A stretch of 64,000 bases of DNA from Octopus vulgaris (taxonomy: Eukaryota). How positions within the stretch are numbered: position 1 is the stretch's first letter; each line of letters begins with the position of its first letter. The notes under the pieces were generated by a model, which did no database searches, was not told the DNA's origin, and worked only from the letters and a program-made list of their open reading frames with translations. Positions 52,600 to 64,000 of this stretch are shown here, in pieces. Made by a program: the position numbers and the translations under genes. The stretch is from positions 8,680,001 through 8,744,000 of the forward strand of contig OX597839.1 in the NCBI GenBank assembly GCA_951406725.2, written 5' to 3'.

Positions 52600-52850
52600 A
52601 AGAATACTTCATAAAATGGCGGCGGGGTATGAAGATAAAATACATATAATAAAACAGAATAAAAATATAAAATAAGACAAAAGACAAGGCAAGGCAGAAG
52701 ACAAGACATGACTGACAATCAAAGCATTTTTGTATCGTTTCGCTGTGAAATGGCTCGCTTGCCAATGAACGGATGTTGCCTTTTCTCAAGATGGCGACTT
52801 CCGGCGTTTCAACATGTATCAGTGCCATAGCCTCCATTTTTTCAAAACTT
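52600..52850. promoter_or_regulatory. Candidate promoter or regulatory island (YY1/Pho, ETS, CCAAT motifs)
   Basis: aaaatggcggc 52613, aaatggc 52748, gccaat 52761, caagatggcg 52787, acttccgg 52797, ccatttt 52834. Confidence 0.4.
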
Positions 52851-53316
52851 TCAGATTATTGTTATATTCTGTTTATTGTTATTCTGGGAGATTAATTTTT
52901 CTAAACGTTGATACTAATACTGATAGAGTTAAGAGGGTTTTGTGTGAAACGAGAAAGATGGGATTTTGTTTGTTTTTTTCTTCTTCTTTTAGTTCGTTCT
53001 AGTGTGGTATCGAAATTCTCACATTTGTGAATTGTCTGATGGTATGGAGCGGGGGGGGGGCAATGGCCGTATTGTTGGCGAACGTTGTGGATGCTACTGA
53101 TGATGTTGGTAATGGTAGTGATGTTGTTCTTGATGGTAATGCCGATAGTGGTGGCGTCGATTGTGGGACTGATGGTGAAGGCGATGGTGTTGGCGATGGT
53201 GCGCATTTATGTGTGTGTGTTTTCTTATGTGCATGCATGCGTGCATGTGTGTTTACGTGAGGAGACGCTGATATCTGATTGTGTTTAGAGGGATACTGCA
53301 TGTGTGTGAATGCCTG

Positions 53317-53376
<60 letters not shown>

Positions 53377-53419
53377 TGTATGTGTGTGCGCGTGTGTTTG
53401 TTTCTATCAATGTTTGTAT

Positions 53420-53835
53420 ATATTCGTGCTTGTATGTTTTTGTGTGCTGGTGTGTGAGTGTTTGTATGTATTTTTGTGGGTTCATGTGAGCGCTTGTGTA
53501 TTTTTGTGGGCGAGTGTAAGAGTTGTATGTATTTGTGTGTGACCGTGAGTGCTGTGTGTGTTTGTTCGCGTGAGTGTTTTCATGTGTTTATGTGTGTTCG
53601 TGTGAGTGTTTGCATGTTCTTGTGTGTTCGTGTGAGTGTTTGTATATTTTTGTGGGTGTTCGTGTGAGTGTTTGCATGTTCGTGTGTGTTCGTGTGAGTG
53701 TTTGTATATTTTTGTGGGTGAGTGTAAGAGTTGTATGTATTTGTGAGTGTTGTGTGTGTTTGTTCGCGTGAGTGTTTGTATGTTGTGTGTTCCTGTGAGT
53801 GTTTGTATATTTTTGTATGTTCGTGTGTTTGTGCG
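53420..53835. repeat. Degenerate GT-rich minisatellite with higher-order duplication
   Basis: Unit gttcgtgtgagtgtttg(c/t)at; block about 53497-53580 repeated at 53704-53778. Confidence 0.8.
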
Positions 53836-54460
53836 TTCGTGTGTGTGCTTGTATATACTTGTACGTGTTGTTTTTTGTTACTAGATGTCACTTTGTGGAT
53901 AGTATATGTATATTTGGGGAGGAGGTATGAGTGTGTGCCTGCATTCGAGCGTGTTTGTGTGTGTGAGTAGATGTTGATTTCTGAATCTAGTAAACTGATG
54001 TATTGCGAAGAAAGTGAAAGTGAAACTGTTTGCATGTGTGTGTGTGTGTGTGTGTGTGCTGATGGTTATGTGAATGTGTGTATAGACATGTGGATGCGTG
54101 CGTTTATGCGGATAAATACGTGTTTCTGAATGTGTGTTTGTGTTTTAGAAGAGGTGTGAATGCACGTAAATGTTTATGCGTGTCAGCATCTGTATGTGTA
54201 TGCAAATGCTTCAAGCGTGAGTGTATGCTTATGTATCTGTGTGTACATGTGTGTGCATTTATTTGCACATGCGTGTTTGCACAGATCGGTAGCTGTTTAC
54301 GTATGTGTGCGTATGTGTTTATTTACGTGTGTATATTATTACGTACATATGGTTGAGTGTCATATATATGTGTGTAAACGCATGTTTTTCAGTATATGTA
54401 TGCGTGTTGGTATGTACCAGTATGTTTCCCTGTATGTGTAACACTGTATGTATTTGTGAT

Positions 54461-54522
<62 letters not shown>

Positions 54523-54564
54523 TGCATATCTGTACATCGTACTCGTGTTTTGTATTCTATTTTT

Positions 54565-54777
54565 CTTTTATTCTTTTACTTGTTTCAGTCATTTGACTGC
54601 GGTCATGCTGGAGCACCGCCTTCAGTCGAGCAATTCGACCCCAGGACTTATTCTTTGTAAGCCTAGTACTTATTCTATCGGTCTACTTTGCCGAACCGAT
54701 AAGTTACGGGGACGTAAACACACCAGCATCGGTTTCCAAGTGATGTTGGGAGGACAAACACAGACACACAAACATAT

Positions 54778-54808
<31 letters not shown>

Positions 54809-54982
54809 CACATATATACGACGGACTTCTTTCAGTTTCCGTCTACCAAATCCACTCACAAGGCTTTGGTCGGTCCGACGCTAAAATAGAAGACACTTGC
54901 CCAAGGTACCACGCAGTGGGACTGAACCCAGAACCATTTGGTTGGTAAGCAGGCTACTTACCACACATCCACTCCTACGCCT
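54565..54982 (-). mobile_element. SINE A, full length
   Basis: Family match. Confidence 0.95.
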
Positions 54983-55107
54983 ATGTATGTACACGTATTT
55001 GTATTAATATGTGAATGATTGTGTTCGTTTGTGATACAACTATATATGCGATCATATGCGTATATATTTATAGGTATGTGTTTGTTTCTGTTATGTAAGC
55101 GTACATG

Positions 55108-55145
<38 letters not shown>

Positions 55146-55453
55146 GTGTGTGGATGTGTATTTGCATGTTAAAGTATGCCTTCGTTTGTGCTTTACATGT
55201 GTATGCATATGTACCTGGATGATTATGTATGTGTGCATCAGTATATTTGTTTGCTGTGTGTGTATGTGTGTGTGTCTATGTGTCTGTGCACGATAGTGTG
55301 TGTACGCGCGTCGATGTGCTTTCTGCTTTCTTTGGGAGTTTCAAAATTTCAAAACAAATTTGAATTTTCTTTATTTAGCTAGCTATACACTTGCTTATAC
55401 TGTCTTATATGTGTGTGTTTATAGATGCATATATATGTGTGTATATATTCTTC

Positions 55454-55487
<34 letters not shown>

Positions 55488-56194
55488 TTATGATGCTTTT
55501 GCTTGCTACAAACTTTAATTATTTTATATCAATATGTTGCTTTATTTTACATCATCTCGATTCTACCAGACAATATTTTATATATTGCACACAATATATA
55601 CAAAAGAAAAAGGAAAAACCTCCAATTCATTCACAACAGTATAGTGCTTTCATGGTTGGGCATAAGTTGTTAGAAAAGCGCTATTCACGTTTTCGCGCTC
55701 TAATTTTCCTCAATTTTATTTTGCTTCCCTGCGTTTTCGTTTCCTATATTACTTGAGATGACGGACTCCTCACACTTTACAGAGCGTTTATTTGTATTTA
55801 TTTATATTGTGGCATAGAGAAGAAGCGGAGCAAAATGCCATTTTTTAAGCATTTTTAGATTTGTGGGGATTTTTTTATTGCTTTGTTTTTGTTTTTGCTT
55901 TTACTTTCTTGATGGTGGGTCCTTATTTTTTCTCTACTTTGCATTCATCTCTAACCTACTGTTAAAGAAAAAGTCTGGAATTAAGAGAATCAAAAGAATT
56001 ATTGCCAAAAATATGGTGCAAACAAAATTCTAAGACAAATTCTTTTGTGAAGCGTCTCAGTTGACACAAAACACCAACAAAAATATACTTGAGTTGTTTT
56101 TCTTTTCGAGTTTCCCACGTTTCGAACTTACACGAACGTCAGACACTAAAAGAATCGATGGAATAATTCCCAGAAATATGTTATTCAAGGTGAA

Positions 56195-56232
<38 letters not shown>

Positions 56233-56589
56233 AACCATCTCTACTTAATAATAGTAATGATAATAACAACAACAACAAGAGCACTCAGAGATCGCAAACC
56301 TCCGCCAAGGCAACACCAACGGCCTCTCAACGATTAGCCGGAGATAAATTTTAAAATGAGAATATCTGAAATAAACTTGACTGCTCTCACAAATGAGAAT
56401 ACTAAAAATGAACCCGACTGCTCTCAAAAACTGAGAAAAAAATACGGAAAAATAATCCAGAATCCTTGTCCAGTCCCTGATCGATCCCAATGGTAGTCAT
56501 GGAATGTGAAGGTGGGTGTGAGGGCCGTGTTTGTAATGCTGTGTGTGTGTCGTCTGCAATGGAAACAGGGACAGTTTTCTCTGTGAAGG

Positions 56590-56735
56590 CCGTTTTTTAG
56601 TCTATCCACTGAGATAGTGTCCTTACGACCATTAAGGTCTTCAGTGAAAAATCTATCCATTTGTGAATGAAAACGGAAAGGACCTGCATACAGTGCTGTT
56701 AACAGAGGTTTAACAACTTCGTTGCACACAAAAAC
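56590..56735 (-). pseudogene. Ty3/gypsy integrase C-terminal GPY/F module remnant
   Basis: VVKPLLTALYAGPF...GRKDTISVDRLK. Confidence 0.7.
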
Positions 56736-56884
56736 GTGAGTCTAAGAAGTAAAGCTTCCTTCAAGGCAGAGCTAGAAATGCAATAGTCATGTAGGTAAGA
56801 GGTTTTAAACAGGAGCGATATATTAAAAATGGGTAAAACTAAAAATTGCCGAGGATAAATTAAATTTATTATTGTTACTGAATA

Positions 56885-57302
56885 TACTCTTTTCTCTTTT
56901 ACTCTTTTACTTGTTTCAGTCATTTGACTGCGGCCATGCTGGAGCACCGCCTTTAATCGAGCAACTCAACCCCGGGACTTATTCTTTTGTAAGCCCAGTA
57001 CTTATTCTATCGGTCTCTTTTGCCGAACCGCTAAGTAACGGGGACACAAACACACCAGCATCGGTTGTCAAGCAATGCTAGGGGGACAAACACAGACACA
57101 CAAATACACACATGCACATATATACATATACATATATACGACAGGCTTCTTTCAGTTTCCGTCTACCAAATCCACTCACAAGGTTTTGGTCGGCTCGAGG
57201 CTATAATAGAAGACACTTGCTCAAGGTACCACGCAGTGGGACTGAACCCAGAACCATTTGGTTGGTAGACAAGCTACTTACCACACAGCCACTCATGCGC
57301 CT
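56885..57302 (-). mobile_element. SINE A, full length
   Basis: Family match. Confidence 0.95.
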
Positions 57303-57772
57303 ATGTTGGTGTTATTTAATTTCTGAACGGTTTTGCTGCTGTTTATGTAGATTGATTTCTTTTTCCATCAGTTTCTACTAAGATAGAGGCGCGAGTAAAA
57401 TTAATGATCGAGAAACGAAATTAAAACTTTGGAAACAGTAGCACCGCTATAACTTACGTGGAAACCATGAGCGTGTTTTCAAGAGATATAATCAGAGAAA
57501 AACTTCAAAATCATGTAAGTTCGTTATACTTCATGTAAAGTAAATATAACAAATAATCCAGAATCCTTGTGCGGTACCGAATCGATCTCAAAATTTAATC
57601 AGTTCGTACTAGTCACGGGACCAAACATCCCTGAACGTTTCATCCAAATCCATGCAGCAGTTCTTGAGATATCTAGTCTACGGACAAACAAACAAACACG
57701 ACTGAAAAACCAATATCTCCGCCTTCGCTAAGGCGGAGGTAATAACAACAATAATGATGATGATGATGATGA

Positions 57773-57988
57773 TGATTTCAAACTTTGCCACAATGGTGGC
57801 AATTTTGGGGGAGGGGTAAGTCAATTACATCGCTACCAGTGCGTAACTGGTACTTATTTCATCGACCTCAAAAGGATGAAAGGCAAAGTCGACCTCGGCG
57901 AAATTTGAACTCAGGACATAAAGGTGGACGAAATGCCGCTAAGCATTTTGCTAGGTGCAGTAACGATTCTGCCAGCCCGCAGCCTTGC
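57773..57988 (-). mobile_element. SINE B (alternative tail)
   Basis: Family match. Confidence 0.9.
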
Positions 57989-58035
<47 letters not shown>

Positions 58036-58036
<1 letters not shown>

Positions 58037-58462
58037 GCCAGACATAGTCTTAATTGAGAAGAATAGGAAGCCGGGCAAAGTCTTAATTGAGAAAGAAAAC
58101 AAACTATGCTGGATCATAGATATAGCATGCCCAGCTGACAAAAAGGTATGCGATAAGAAAGAAAGAAAAGTCGATAGATATGACAGGTTAGCTTGGGAAG
58201 TAAAGCAGTTGTGGTCGATGAAAAAGGTAGCAGTAGTACCAATAATTGTCGGAGCCCTGGGAACAGTGAGCAAAAATCTCGAGAAGTACGTGGAACAAAT
58301 AGGGGCTGCAATAAGGGTGGAGCACTTGCAGAAAACAGCACTGCTTGGAACCGCTCGATTACTCCGGAAGGTGCTCGAAAAATAAGAGGTGTTACCTTAG
58401 TTCAATGGAAATGAACAGCTGACACTGTAGTACATCTCCAGCGTTAGAAGCTGTGCAAAGGC
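58036..58462 (+). mobile_element. R4/Dong-clade LINE, restriction-like endonuclease C-terminus, in (AAT)n
   Basis: PDIVLIEK..CWIIDIACPAD..RYDRLAWEVKQLW..VVPIIVGALG..LQKTALLGTARLLRKVLEK*. Confidence 0.88.
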
Positions 58463-58505
<43 letters not shown>

Positions 58506-58508
<3 letters not shown>

Positions 58509-58848
58509 TGGCATCTCAAGGCGACTACAGTACCAGTGTTTGTAGGATCTCTAGAAATGATAAAAAAAAGGTACTGAAACCTATTTGAAAATGATTCCAG
58601 GCTTACCGTCCCTACAGGAAGTGCAAAAAATCGTATTAACTGGAACGACTCATGTACTGAGAAGAGCATTATCGCTGTGAAAACAACATCCATCCATGAA
58701 TTTATCTTTTATTAATTTTTAAATACATATTTTATCTGTGAATTTGTGTGTGTAATCTGGGAATGCATACAATGAGCTTCTCTGCCCTTGGTGTATGGAA
58801 AACACTCAGCGAGAAACGAAAGGAAATTTGAAGAAAGAAAGAAAAAAC

Positions 58849-58849
<1 letters not shown>
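58506..58849 (+). mobile_element. R4/Dong-clade LINE 3' end (second subfamily)
   Basis: MWHLKATTVPVFVGSL..EVQKIVLTGTTHVLRRALSL*. Confidence 0.85.
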
Positions 58850-58888
<39 letters not shown>

Positions 58889-58892
<4 letters not shown>

Positions 58893-59511
58893 GCAAGTTG
58901 ATGTAGACCAGAAGCATACCCATCAGTGGCTACGGAGCTTAGGGCTAAAGGCAGAGAGTGAAGGCTTTATTCTTGTTGCCCAAGATCAGAGCTTATTGAC
59001 CCGGAACTATGAAGCCAATGTGATGAAAAGTGATGTAGACCCAAAGTGCTGAAACTGCAACGATGGGATAGAAAAAGTCGACCGACCTAATCTCTAGATG
59101 AAAGGTTTTAGCACCTGTAGAATACAAATCAAGACATGACAGAGTTGGCCAATTGGATAATGTGTAGGCATTATGAAATCAAAATTACTGACAAATGGTA
59201 GAAGCACCACCCCGAGGCTGTAACTGAGGAAGAAATTGTAATTATTCTTTGGGACTTCCCAGTATGTGCAGACCGGACAATTAAGGTAAATAAACCAGAT
59301 ATTGTTGTGAAAGACAAGAGTAATAAAGTCTGTTTATTGATTGACATGAGCAGGAGTGGCTGTGTGGTAAGTAGCTTGCTAACCAACCACATGGTTCCGG
59401 GTTCAGTCCCACTGCGTGGCATCTTGGGCAAGTGTCTTCTGCTATAGCCCCGGGCCGACCAATGCCTTGTGAGTGGATTTGGTAGACGGAAACTGAAAGA
59501 AGCCTGTCGTA

Positions 59512-59565
<54 letters not shown>

Positions 59566-60255
59566 TGTGTGTGTTTGTGTGTCTGTGTTTGTCCCCCTAG
59601 CATCGCTTGACAACCGATGCTGGTGTGTTTACGTACCCGTCACTTAGCGGTTCGGCAAAAGAGACCGATAGAATAAGTACTGGGCTTACAAAGAATAAGT
59701 CCCGGGGTCGATTTGCTCGACTAAAGGTGGTGCTCCAGCATGGCCACAGTCAAATGACTGAAACAAGTAAAAGAGTAAAAGAGTATAGCCGGTGACCATA
59801 ATATCTTGGCAAAAGAATTTGATAAGCTCAAAAATATACAAAGATTTGCTAATCGAAATCGAAAAGATGTGGCATCTCAATACGGTTACAATATCAGTGA
59901 TTGTAGGAGTTCTTGGAATGATCAAAAACGGAACTAGAAATTATTTAAGAATGATCCCTAGCTTACCATCCATGCAGGAAGTGCAAAAGATTGTCTTCAC
60001 TGGTGCGTCACACGTATTGAGAAGAGCATTGTCGCTGTGAATTGCCTCCCTTTTCACCCCCCACTTTATTTTTAATTTTTTGTTTTTTTCTCTCTGTTTT
60101 CCCCCTTTTTATCTATCACATGACTCTGTAAATGAACAATCTGATGTGTTTGTTTTAATGGCCTCCCAATGTATACAGTACGTTTCTCTGCCCGAGATGA
60201 CAGGAAGACACTCGGCAAGAAATGGAAACAATTGAAAGAAGAAGAAGAAGATGAA
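58889..60255 (+). mobile_element. R4/Dong-clade LINE (zinc knuckle plus RLE), split by SINE A
   Basis: WLRSLGLKAESEGFILVAQDQ, PKC*NC, RHDRV, ILWDFP, NKPDIVV, LLIDM / KIYKDLLIEIEKMW..QKIVFTGASHVLRRALSL*. Confidence 0.9.
59349..59783 (+). mobile_element. SINE A, full length
   Basis: Family match. Confidence 0.95.
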
Positions 60256-60384
60256 AGGCATAAGGCCTAGAATTTTGCGCTCGATTGGTACTTATTTCAT
60301 CGACCCCCGAAAGGACGAAAAGCAAATTCGACTTCGGCGAATTCGAACTCAGAGTGTAACGGTGGGCGAAATGCAGCAAAACAA

Positions 60385-60926
60385 TTTGAAAATTAGGTAA
60401 GTGCTCAAAACAAAATTAAAGGAAGGAACATCATTAAAGCAATAACTACATGGGCTAGGCTAGTATCAAGATATTCTTCCCCCCTTTCTAAAATGAAGAA
60501 AGACAGAACTACAGAACTAGGAAAGACTTCCGCCCCCCACCCAATGTCTCCGATTTTTTTCTTTCTTTTTTTTTTTTTCTTAGGGACCCAAATTTTCGGC
60601 TACGGAGATTCCGGAGAAATGCCTAAAATCGGTATTTTTAAATCCCACCACCCCACTAAATTCTTCATTTTTGACATTTTTCAGAATTTATTTTTTTCTT
60701 TAATATGCAGGAAAATACGGAGATTATGATTCTGAAAAAATTTCCAAAGATTTTTTGTAAAATTTCAACTAAAAACTTTAAAAAAAAAAAAAATACCCCT
60801 CCCCCTCTAACCGTAAACGTGGGTTTCTTGCAAAAAAAAATTCGGAGATATTGGGGGCGGGGCGGAAGTCTTTCCCAGAACTAGGAAGCAGATCACAGTG
60901 CACAACATACAGCACCCTAAAAGCAA
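60385..60926 (+). pseudogene. R4-like RT thumb remnant split by a MITE
   Basis: VLKTKL/GRNIIKAITTWARLVSRYS..KTELQ/..ITVHNIQHPK. Confidence 0.6.
60520..60875. mobile_element. MITE with GG...CC TIRs and 8-bp TSD (Merlin-like)
   Basis: TIR ggaaagacttccgcccc / ggggcggaagtctttcc; TSD cagaacta at 60512-60519 and 60876-60883. Confidence 0.88.
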
Positions 60927-61689
60927 TACCTATTTCTTTACTACCCACAAGGGGCTAAATACAGAGAGGACAAACAAGGGCAGACACACGGATTAAGTCG
61001 ATTGATTCGACCCCAGTGCATAACTGGTACTTAGTTAATTAACCCTGAAAGGATGAAAGGCAAAGTCGACCTCGGCGGAATTTGAACTCAGAACGTAGCG
61101 GCAGACGAAATACCTATTTCTTTATTACCCACAAGGGGCTAAAACATAGAGGGGACAAACAAGGACAGACAAAGGTATTAAGTCAATTACATCGACCCCA
61201 GTGCGTAACTGGTACTTAATTTATCGACCCTAAAAGGGTGAAAGGCAAAGTCGACCTCAGCGGAATTTGAACTCAGAACGTAACGGCAGACGAAATACCT
61301 ATTTCTTTATTACCCACAAGGGGCTAAAACATAGAGGGGACAAACAAGGACAGACAAAGGTATTAAGTCAATTACATCGACCCCAGTGCGTAACTGGTAC
61401 TTAATTTATCGACCCTAAAAGGGTGAAAGGCAAAGTCGACCTCAGCGGAATTTGAACTCAGAACGTAGCGGCAGACGAAATACCTATTTCTTTATTACCC
61501 ACAAGGGGCTAAAACATAGAGGGGACAAACAAGGACAGACAAAGGTATTAAGTCAATTACATCGACCCCAGTGCGTAACTGGTACTTAATTTATCGACCC
61601 TAAAATTTGAACTCAGGAACGTAACGGCAGATGAAATACAGCTACGCATTTCGCCCGGCGTACTAACAGTTCTGCCAAACTCGCCACCT
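60927..61689 (-). mobile_element. SINE B tandem tetramer, 185-bp period
   Basis: Junction gacgaaatacctatttc three times; TSD-like cc(t)aaaagcaa on both sides. Confidence 0.93.
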
Positions 61690-61807
61690 TCCAAAAGCAA
61701 ACATCTTAACAACACAACAATCATACCTGCACCGGAGAAAGATTTAACCGATATTTCTAGCAGTTCGTGCAACAACCACATAAGCACCCCCTGTGTTTTT
61801 TTTTGTT

Positions 61808-62187
61808 TTTTTTTACTTGTTTCAGTCATTTGACTGCGGCCATGCTGGAGCACCGCCTTTAGTCGAGCAGATCGACCCCGGGACTTATTCTTTGTAAGCC
61901 CAGTACTTATTCTATCGGTCTCTTTTTGCCGAACCGCTAAGTGACGGGGACATAAACACACCAGCATCGGTTGTCAAGCGATGTTGTGGGGATAAACACA
62001 GACACACAAACATATACATACACATGACAGGCTTCTTTCAGTTTCCGTCTACCAAATCCACTCACAAGGCATTGGTCGGCCCGGGGCTATAGCAGAAGAC
62101 ACTTGCCCAAGGTGCCACGCAGTAGGACTGAACCCGGAACCATGTGGTTGGATAGCAAGCTACTTACCACACAGCCACTCCTGCGCC
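61808..62187 (-). mobile_element. SINE A, full length
   Basis: Family match. Confidence 0.95.
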
Positions 62188-62751
62188 TTTTTGTTTATTT
62201 TTTTGTTTTTTACTTCGATATTAACGGTTGACGAATTTTTCTCTTCCTGATTATATTAGATCTGATTCATGATAAACCGTTGCTCTCTGTGCTTCTTCTA
62301 TTCAATACTCACATGTATGATTCGGGATGTCATTTTTTTCTGTTTGTATTTGCTTTTGTTTTTCGTTGTTTGTGGGGTTGTGTTTTTTTTTTTGTTTTTT
62401 TTTTAATGTCTAATCCCACTGAGTTTTCCGTCTGATAGTCTGTTATCATTTAATTATAAATCTTTTCATGTTTTAAAGATAATTCCGTTCCGTTTAATAT
62501 TTGCTTCAACAGAGAAACGTCTCTCCTCTCTCTCTCTCTCTTAATATATATATATATATATATAGCGTGTGTGTGTGGAGTGAGAGAGAGAGGGGCGAGA
62601 GACTATACAAGAATATATATATATATATAATATATATATTCTTTTGTGTGTTCAGCCATGCGTCTGCGATCATACTGGAGCACTATCCATATATATATCA
62701 GTCAATATGCAGAGAGTGAGGTGGGGGAAGAGAGAGAGATATATATAACGC

Positions 62752-62797
<46 letters not shown>

Positions 62798-62996
62798 ACA
62801 CAGATATTAAGTATTTGCTCTTGCGTTTTATTCAGTCAACAAGTTTCAATGGCACTGGATATCAAAATGTGTTGTAATATATGAGTTGGCGCAGACATAG
62901 CTTTGTTCGCTTAGCAATCACAAGGCCGCGTGTTCGATCCTACTGCTCAGTAATTTGAAGTTTATGTGAATGAAATTTGGTAGCCAATATATTGCA

Positions 62997-63419
<423 letters not shown>

Positions 63420-63790
63420 GATGATATATTTATATATATATTAATACGAAAAAACCCTCCAGGCTACATCCCGAAAATTCATTTCTTTGCCGAATTTCTA
63501 CGTTTACGGCGATTCGTTTTTATATCTTGATTTTTTATTTTTCATGCAATTTACGCATGCTTGCACGCTTGCACGCGTGGACTGAGTAAAGTTCACCATT
63601 CAATGCATGGAATAAGGCCTAAACAAACACATTATCGATTTTTGCACTTGCGAGATGAATTTCGGAACAGAAATAGCGCAGTTCAATTTTCATTCGCCTA
63701 AACTTTAAGTGACCCATTTTTGGTGGTTCTACGATTTGTTGGCTAGGAGGAGATGTGCCGGGAAGTTAAACACACAGATACACAAGTTGA

Positions 63791-63832
<42 letters not shown>

Positions 63833-63961
63833 AACACATATATATATATACATATATATATATATACATATATATATATACACATATATATACAAATATA
63901 TACATATATATATATACACATATATATATACACATATATATATACACATATATACATACAC

Positions 63962-64000
<39 letters not shown>

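Larger units (their letters stand above)
56274..57743 (+). mobile_element. Helentron/DINE-like non-autonomous element, split by inserts
   Basis: 5' aacaagagcactcagaga..acctccgccaagg; 3' hairpin ctccgccttcgctaaggcggaggt; internal repeat aaataatccagaatccttgt at 56449 and 57551. Confidence 0.6.

Overview
Eukaryotic, AT-rich, repeat-saturated intergenic or intronic DNA. The SINE repertoire and microsatellite load resemble an Octopus-type cephalopod genome (inference from recalled sequences, not a search). I found no intact host protein-coding gene: nearly all ORFs in the track are microsatellite or SINE translations. The window holds about 20 copies of tRNA-headed SINE A, about 20 of SINE B (three as TSD-flanked tandem multimers) and rarer SINEs. 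It also holds a decayed DD37D Tc1/mariner transposon, MITEs, non-autonomous Helitrons and a Helentron-like element, and fragments of RTE, CR1/L2-like, R4/Dong, Penelope and Ty3/gypsy retroelements. Most notable observations: a 28S rRNA fragment fused to a LINE 3' tail; SINE B multimers with one fixed junction; the probable partner LINE of SINE A; a 5'-inverted RTE; several locally templated duplications; inverted-repeat modules with hammerhead-like cores; and a YY1/ETS/CCAAT motif island. No complete novel protein-based system is evident. Family labels A-E are my own working names, and coordinates of degraded elements are approximate.
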